From: Podarcis bocagei
Taxonomy: Eukaryota
Assembly (NCBI GenBank): GCA_964188305.1
Contig: OZ076885.1
Direction: 5' to 3' (one strand)
DNA: 64,000 bases
In this document: positions 62,342 to 64,000 of the stretch, one piece after another
Numbering within the stretch: position 1 is the stretch's first letter
How the letters are laid out: every line of letters starts with the position of its first letter
Made by a program: the position numbers and the translations under genes
The notes under the pieces: model-generated
What the model was told of the DNA's origin: nothing
Database searches by the model: none
What the model saw: the letters and a program-made list of their open reading frames with translations, nothing else

Positions 62342-63609
62342 ATCTAGAGGATCACTCTCTGAAGTATGTTACACCACACCCATTTTACTCTATTCCTCAT
62401 ATTGTATGCAACACATCAGCCGTATATCACAGCCAACCAGATGATCACATGGTGGACTATAAAAGAGGAAACACATCAAGCAAAGCACTGAGAGACAATG
62501 CATGGCTAGAGAACTGTGTACAGTCTGGGTGTATTAGATTGATCGGGCTACTTCAGTGTTTCGTAGGTCAGCTTAAATTGAAGCCACCAGACAAGGAAGC
62601 TTGAACTTCACCAACAAAGACCAACTGCCTTCTTTTTACACCCTTGAGGTTATATAAAGTGTTGGGCACATTATAATTGGATGCTACTTGCTGAGCAAAG
62701 TGTTTATTTTCTTAGTAGGTGGGAGACAGTGGATTGCACCTTTTACGAGGCCTTTATGGTAATATTATTATAGATAATCGTGCAGGAGAAACCACTCAAA
62801 TGCAGCAATTAATGTCCAATTTGCTTTTCAGCAGCCCAAGGCTGAACTGCTGTGGTTGTAATCCAGTTTAATGACTGCTTTAGGGGGGGGGGAATGTCAT
62901 CTGATAGATGTTTTGCTTTTATAATGGGCATCTTTGCAATCTTCCCAGTTGCCATCACTTAGCGCAACTAAATGAGCACATTAAAGGGAGGCAGAATGAT
63001 GCACAACTATGAAAAACTGTAGCGGAGCTGAGGAGTTATTTTTAGCAAGAAGATACTGATGACTAGTGGTGAGAGCAAGAGTTGCCTTCAGGAAAGTTAG
63101 GATTTAGAATTCATTATTGCCTGTGAATTATAGACAACATCTTTAGCCCTTCAGAACTGAGAGATTATTTTCTGCATGTTGCCTTGATTTCTAAGGCTAG
63201 TAAGGGAGGATTACTTCTTTGGGACATTGGCCTACTAATCAACAGTAGTGAGCACTCTCATTAAAGTGTACTGCTTCATAGCTAATTCCTTTCCTCCACT
63301 GATTTGATATTTTTGAGCATCCTTTATGCAGACAACGGTTTAGACCAGAGACAAGCATGCTGATGAATGAATAGCCTTTTGCCAATAGTTTATGTGAGCA
63401 CAGCTCAACTATTTTAGGTGGCACAAGCTCAAGCTTGCTTATACTGATAGCTCATGTACCTGGTGGGCTACAAAACTGCAACACTACAAAGCTCCAAATA
63501 ATCTGGGTTGTTCTGTGCTGGGCTGAACAACAGTAAGGCTCAAAAAGAAGTTATTATCTGGACAGAACTATCTGAAGCAGATTATCAAGCAGCAAAGGTA
63601 AACAAAGTA

Positions 63610-63843
63610 GAGTGGTACTTCAGGTTACAGATGCTTCAGGTTACAGATGCTTCAGGTTACAGACTCCACTAACCCAGAAATAGTACCTCGGGTTAAGAAA
63701 TTTGCTTCAGGATGAGAACAGAAATCACGCAGCGGGAGCAGTGGGAGTCCCCATTAGCTAAAGTGGTACCTCAGGTTAAGAACAGTTTCAGGTTAAGAAC
63801 GGACCTCCAGAACGAATTAAGTACTAAACCCGAGGTACCACTG
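63610..63843. mobile_element. Tc1/mariner-type MITE, about 240-bp family, copy 4
   Basis: Co-linear with copies 1-3; first base and right-hand TA are mutated. Confidence 0.88.
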
Positions 63844-64000
63844 GATCCATATCTACTACTACAGTGTTCAAAAATACAGTATGTTGCTACCACAGCTAAC
63901 CCACAAATTGTTACCGACTATGTTGCCATCTTACCAATGAAACAAGATGAATGCATATATCAACAGGAAACATATTGTTGCACAGGGACACTTGAAGATC

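Noticed and set aside
32683-63843. All four 240-bp MITE copies share one orientation
   Set aside because: The chance probability is 1 in 8, which is not significant.

Overview
This is AT-rich vertebrate DNA with no recognisable host exon, rRNA, tRNA gene or CRISPR array. It is probably an intron or intergenic stretch of a squamate genome, judged from a Sauria SINE, a tRNA/CR1-tail SINE and lizard-type MITEs; a lacertid lizard is my guess. The window is a transposon mosaic: Tc1/mariner-type MITEs with TA target-site duplications (TSDs), hAT MITEs with 8-bp TSDs, fragments of L1, L2, CR1, RTE and Rex-Babar LINEs, microsatellites and one 130-N gap. Most ORFs in the track are spurious; only a few are TE protein fragments. 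The main points of interest are: (1) a young Penelope-like element (23011-23826, minus strand) inserted in a (TA)n tract, carrying a minimal hammerhead ribozyme, whose 5' junction is a perfect 140-bp palindrome made from flanking host DNA; (2) a 1.15-kb, 5'-intact, apparently non-coding L1-type element with a 16-bp TSD and adjacent CTCF and YY1 motifs at its 5' end, nested in an RTE LINE; (3) three insertions into the terminal inverted repeats (TIRs) of other MITEs, including a three-element nest at 4998-6430; (4) a hAT MITE carrying telomere-like CCCTAA repeats; (5) a TIR element with a 9-bp TSD. Family names come from pattern recognition, not database searches.
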